Shown here piece after piece: positions 61,344-64,000 of a stretch of DNA of 64,000 nucleotides (position 1 is its first letter; every line of letters begins with the position of its first letter). Origin of the DNA: Candidatus Moraniibacteriota bacterium. Its GTDB lineage: Bacteria; Patescibacteriota; Minisyncoccia; Moranbacterales; GCA-2747515. The notes beneath the pieces were generated by a model. The model was not told the DNA's origin, did not search any database, and saw nothing but the letters and a program-made list of their open reading frames with translations. Where the stretch lies: positions 5,132 through 69,131 of the forward strand of contig JAXGYI010000005.1 of assembly GCA_040772365.1 (NCBI GenBank), given 5' to 3'. Both the position numbers and the translations under genes were made by a program.

Positions 61344-62300
61344 ATGATGAATTCCAAAGAAATTCGTAGACGCATCAATTCGGTGAATAATACCGGGAAA
61401 ATTACACGTGCCATGGAAATGGTGTCGGCATCTAAAATGCGTAAAGCGACCGATCAGGTGTTGAGGGTGCGTGACTATGCACATGCGGCGTGGGGTATTT
61501 TGACAAATCTTGCGCGCTCGTTTGAGCAGTACAATCACGGTCTTTTGGAGGTGCGTGAAGTGAAAAACGTTTTGATGATCGTGATTACATCCAATCGTGG
61601 ACTGTGCGGATCATTTAACACACATATCATGAAAATGGTGCGTGAGCAGGTTACGCACCCAGAACAGCTCAAAATTAATCGTATCGGCAAAAAGGTAGTG
61701 GCATCCGCTGTGTCGGATGAGGATTTGACAGTGGATTTTATTACCGTGGGACGCAAAGGGGAGGGCTTGGTACGCAAGATGAATCGAAAGATTATCGCAT
61801 CGTTTCCTGAACTGACATACCTGCCATCCATTGAGCAAGTACGGCCTTTGGCAAAAATCGTGATCGATGCGTATCGAGATCGACGTTATGACAAGGTTGT
61901 GATTGCGTATACGGACTATGTCTCGACAATTGTACAAACGCCAAAGATTCGTCAGGTGTTGCCGATCTCTAAAGTGGATTTAGAAAAGCAGATTGCGGAA
62001 ATGGATTCTACGGCAAAGGAGCGTAGCCTTGCTGTGGCGCAGATGGAGTACAAGGTAGAGCCGAGCCCGGAAGATGTACTGACGCGTATTTTTCCTGCGT
62101 TGATTGAGATGCAAATCTACCATGCGATTTTGGAATCCAATGCATCTAAGGAATCGGCGCGGATGATGGCAATGCGCAATGCGACCGATGCTGCCAAGGA
62201 GATGGCGGAAGGCTTGACGCTTGCGTATAATCAAGTGCGGCAAATGAAAATTACCAATGAGATTGCAGAAATTAGTGCTGGTCGCGCTGCGCTAGAGTAG
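61344..62300 (+). CDS. atpG: F1 subunit gamma
   Basis: KITRAMEMVSASK, RGLCGSFN, RMMAM.NATD, RQ..IT.EI.EI. Confidence 0.97.
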   Translation: MMNSKEIRRRINSVNNTGKITRAMEMVSASKMRKATDQVLRVRDYAHAAWGILTNLARSFEQYNHGLLEVREVKNVLMIVITSNRGLCGSFNTHIMKMVREQVTHPEQLKINRIGKKVVASAVSDEDLTVDFITVGRKGEGLVRKMNRKIIASFPELTYLPSIEQVRPLAKIVIDAYRDRRYDKVVIAYTDYVSTIVQTPKIRQVLPISKVDLEKQIAEMDSTAKERSLAVAQMEYKVEPSPEDVLTRIFPALIEMQIYHAILESNASKESARMMAMRNATDAAKEMAEGLTLAYNQVRQMKITNEIAEISAGRAALE

Positions 62301-62329
62301 TATTATATATTGATCAATTTACATTATAA

Positions 62330-63733
<1,404 letters not shown>

Positions 63734-63744
63734 CTCTCGCGTCT

Positions 63745-64000
63745 ATGGCAACAATTACACTCAAAGTGATTACGCTGGATCGTGTGGTGTATGAAGGTAC
63801 TGTAGATCAGGTTACACTGCCAGTCACAGATGGTGAGGTGACGATCTTGCCACAGCATCGTTCGTACATCGCATCACTGACATTTGGGGAAATCATGATG
63901 CGTGCTAGTGATGAGCAGCACAGCATTGCTGTTGGTGGAGGCTTTGTGGAATTTGCCGATAACACACTAACAGTTCTCGCTGATATGGCAGTGCGTGAGG
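63745..64000 (+). CDS. atpC: F1 subunit epsilon (partial; runs off window end)
   Basis: Manual translation MATITLKVITLDRVVYEG.V..V.LP..DGE..ILPQH...GGGF.E. Confidence 0.92.
   Translation, partial: MATITLKVITLDRVVYEGTVDQVTLPVTDGEVTILPQHRSYIASLTFGEIMMRASDEQHSIAVGGGFVEFADNTLTVLADMAVRE

Overview
Mostly core chromosome of a reduced-genome bacterium, inferred to be Patescibacteria/CPR (Parcubacteria-like). The basis is CPR-type T4SS-pilin proteins, an archaeal-type ProRS, a long tmRNA tag, an ftsK-rodZ-recA-pilMNOB-RR-pilTC block and mostly Shine-Dalgarno-less starts. It uses standard code 11, and the G/T-rich + strand carries most genes. Housekeeping content: manC (partial), ispG, sufS-sufU-sufT, dxs, tRNA-Leu, trmH-family, infC-rpmI-rplT, tmRNA/smpB, proS, rpoBC, rny, HU, beta-CASP nuclease, two multi-domain GH130s, PhoH2, mscL, mltG, tRNA-Lys, frr, rseP and the atp operon (atpC cut by the window end). 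Most notable: (1) two tandem pilin-like membrane proteins share a 454-bp near-identical N-terminal cassette but carry different peptidoglycan-hydrolase-like C-terminal domains (M15-like peptidase vs lytic transglycosylase), swapped at a poly-Gly linker; (2) an orphaned leucine-type transcription attenuator (LLLL leader peptide, antiterminator and terminator) lies next to a decaying proC-proB operon beside proS; (3) MEP-pathway genes bracket a minimal Fe-S assembly cassette; (4) a candidate 6S RNA lies upstream of rny; (5) DnaA-box-like motifs sit at the rpoB, hup and recA promoters. No CRISPR array, transposase or integrase was seen. All calls come from reading motifs by eye; no database searches were run.
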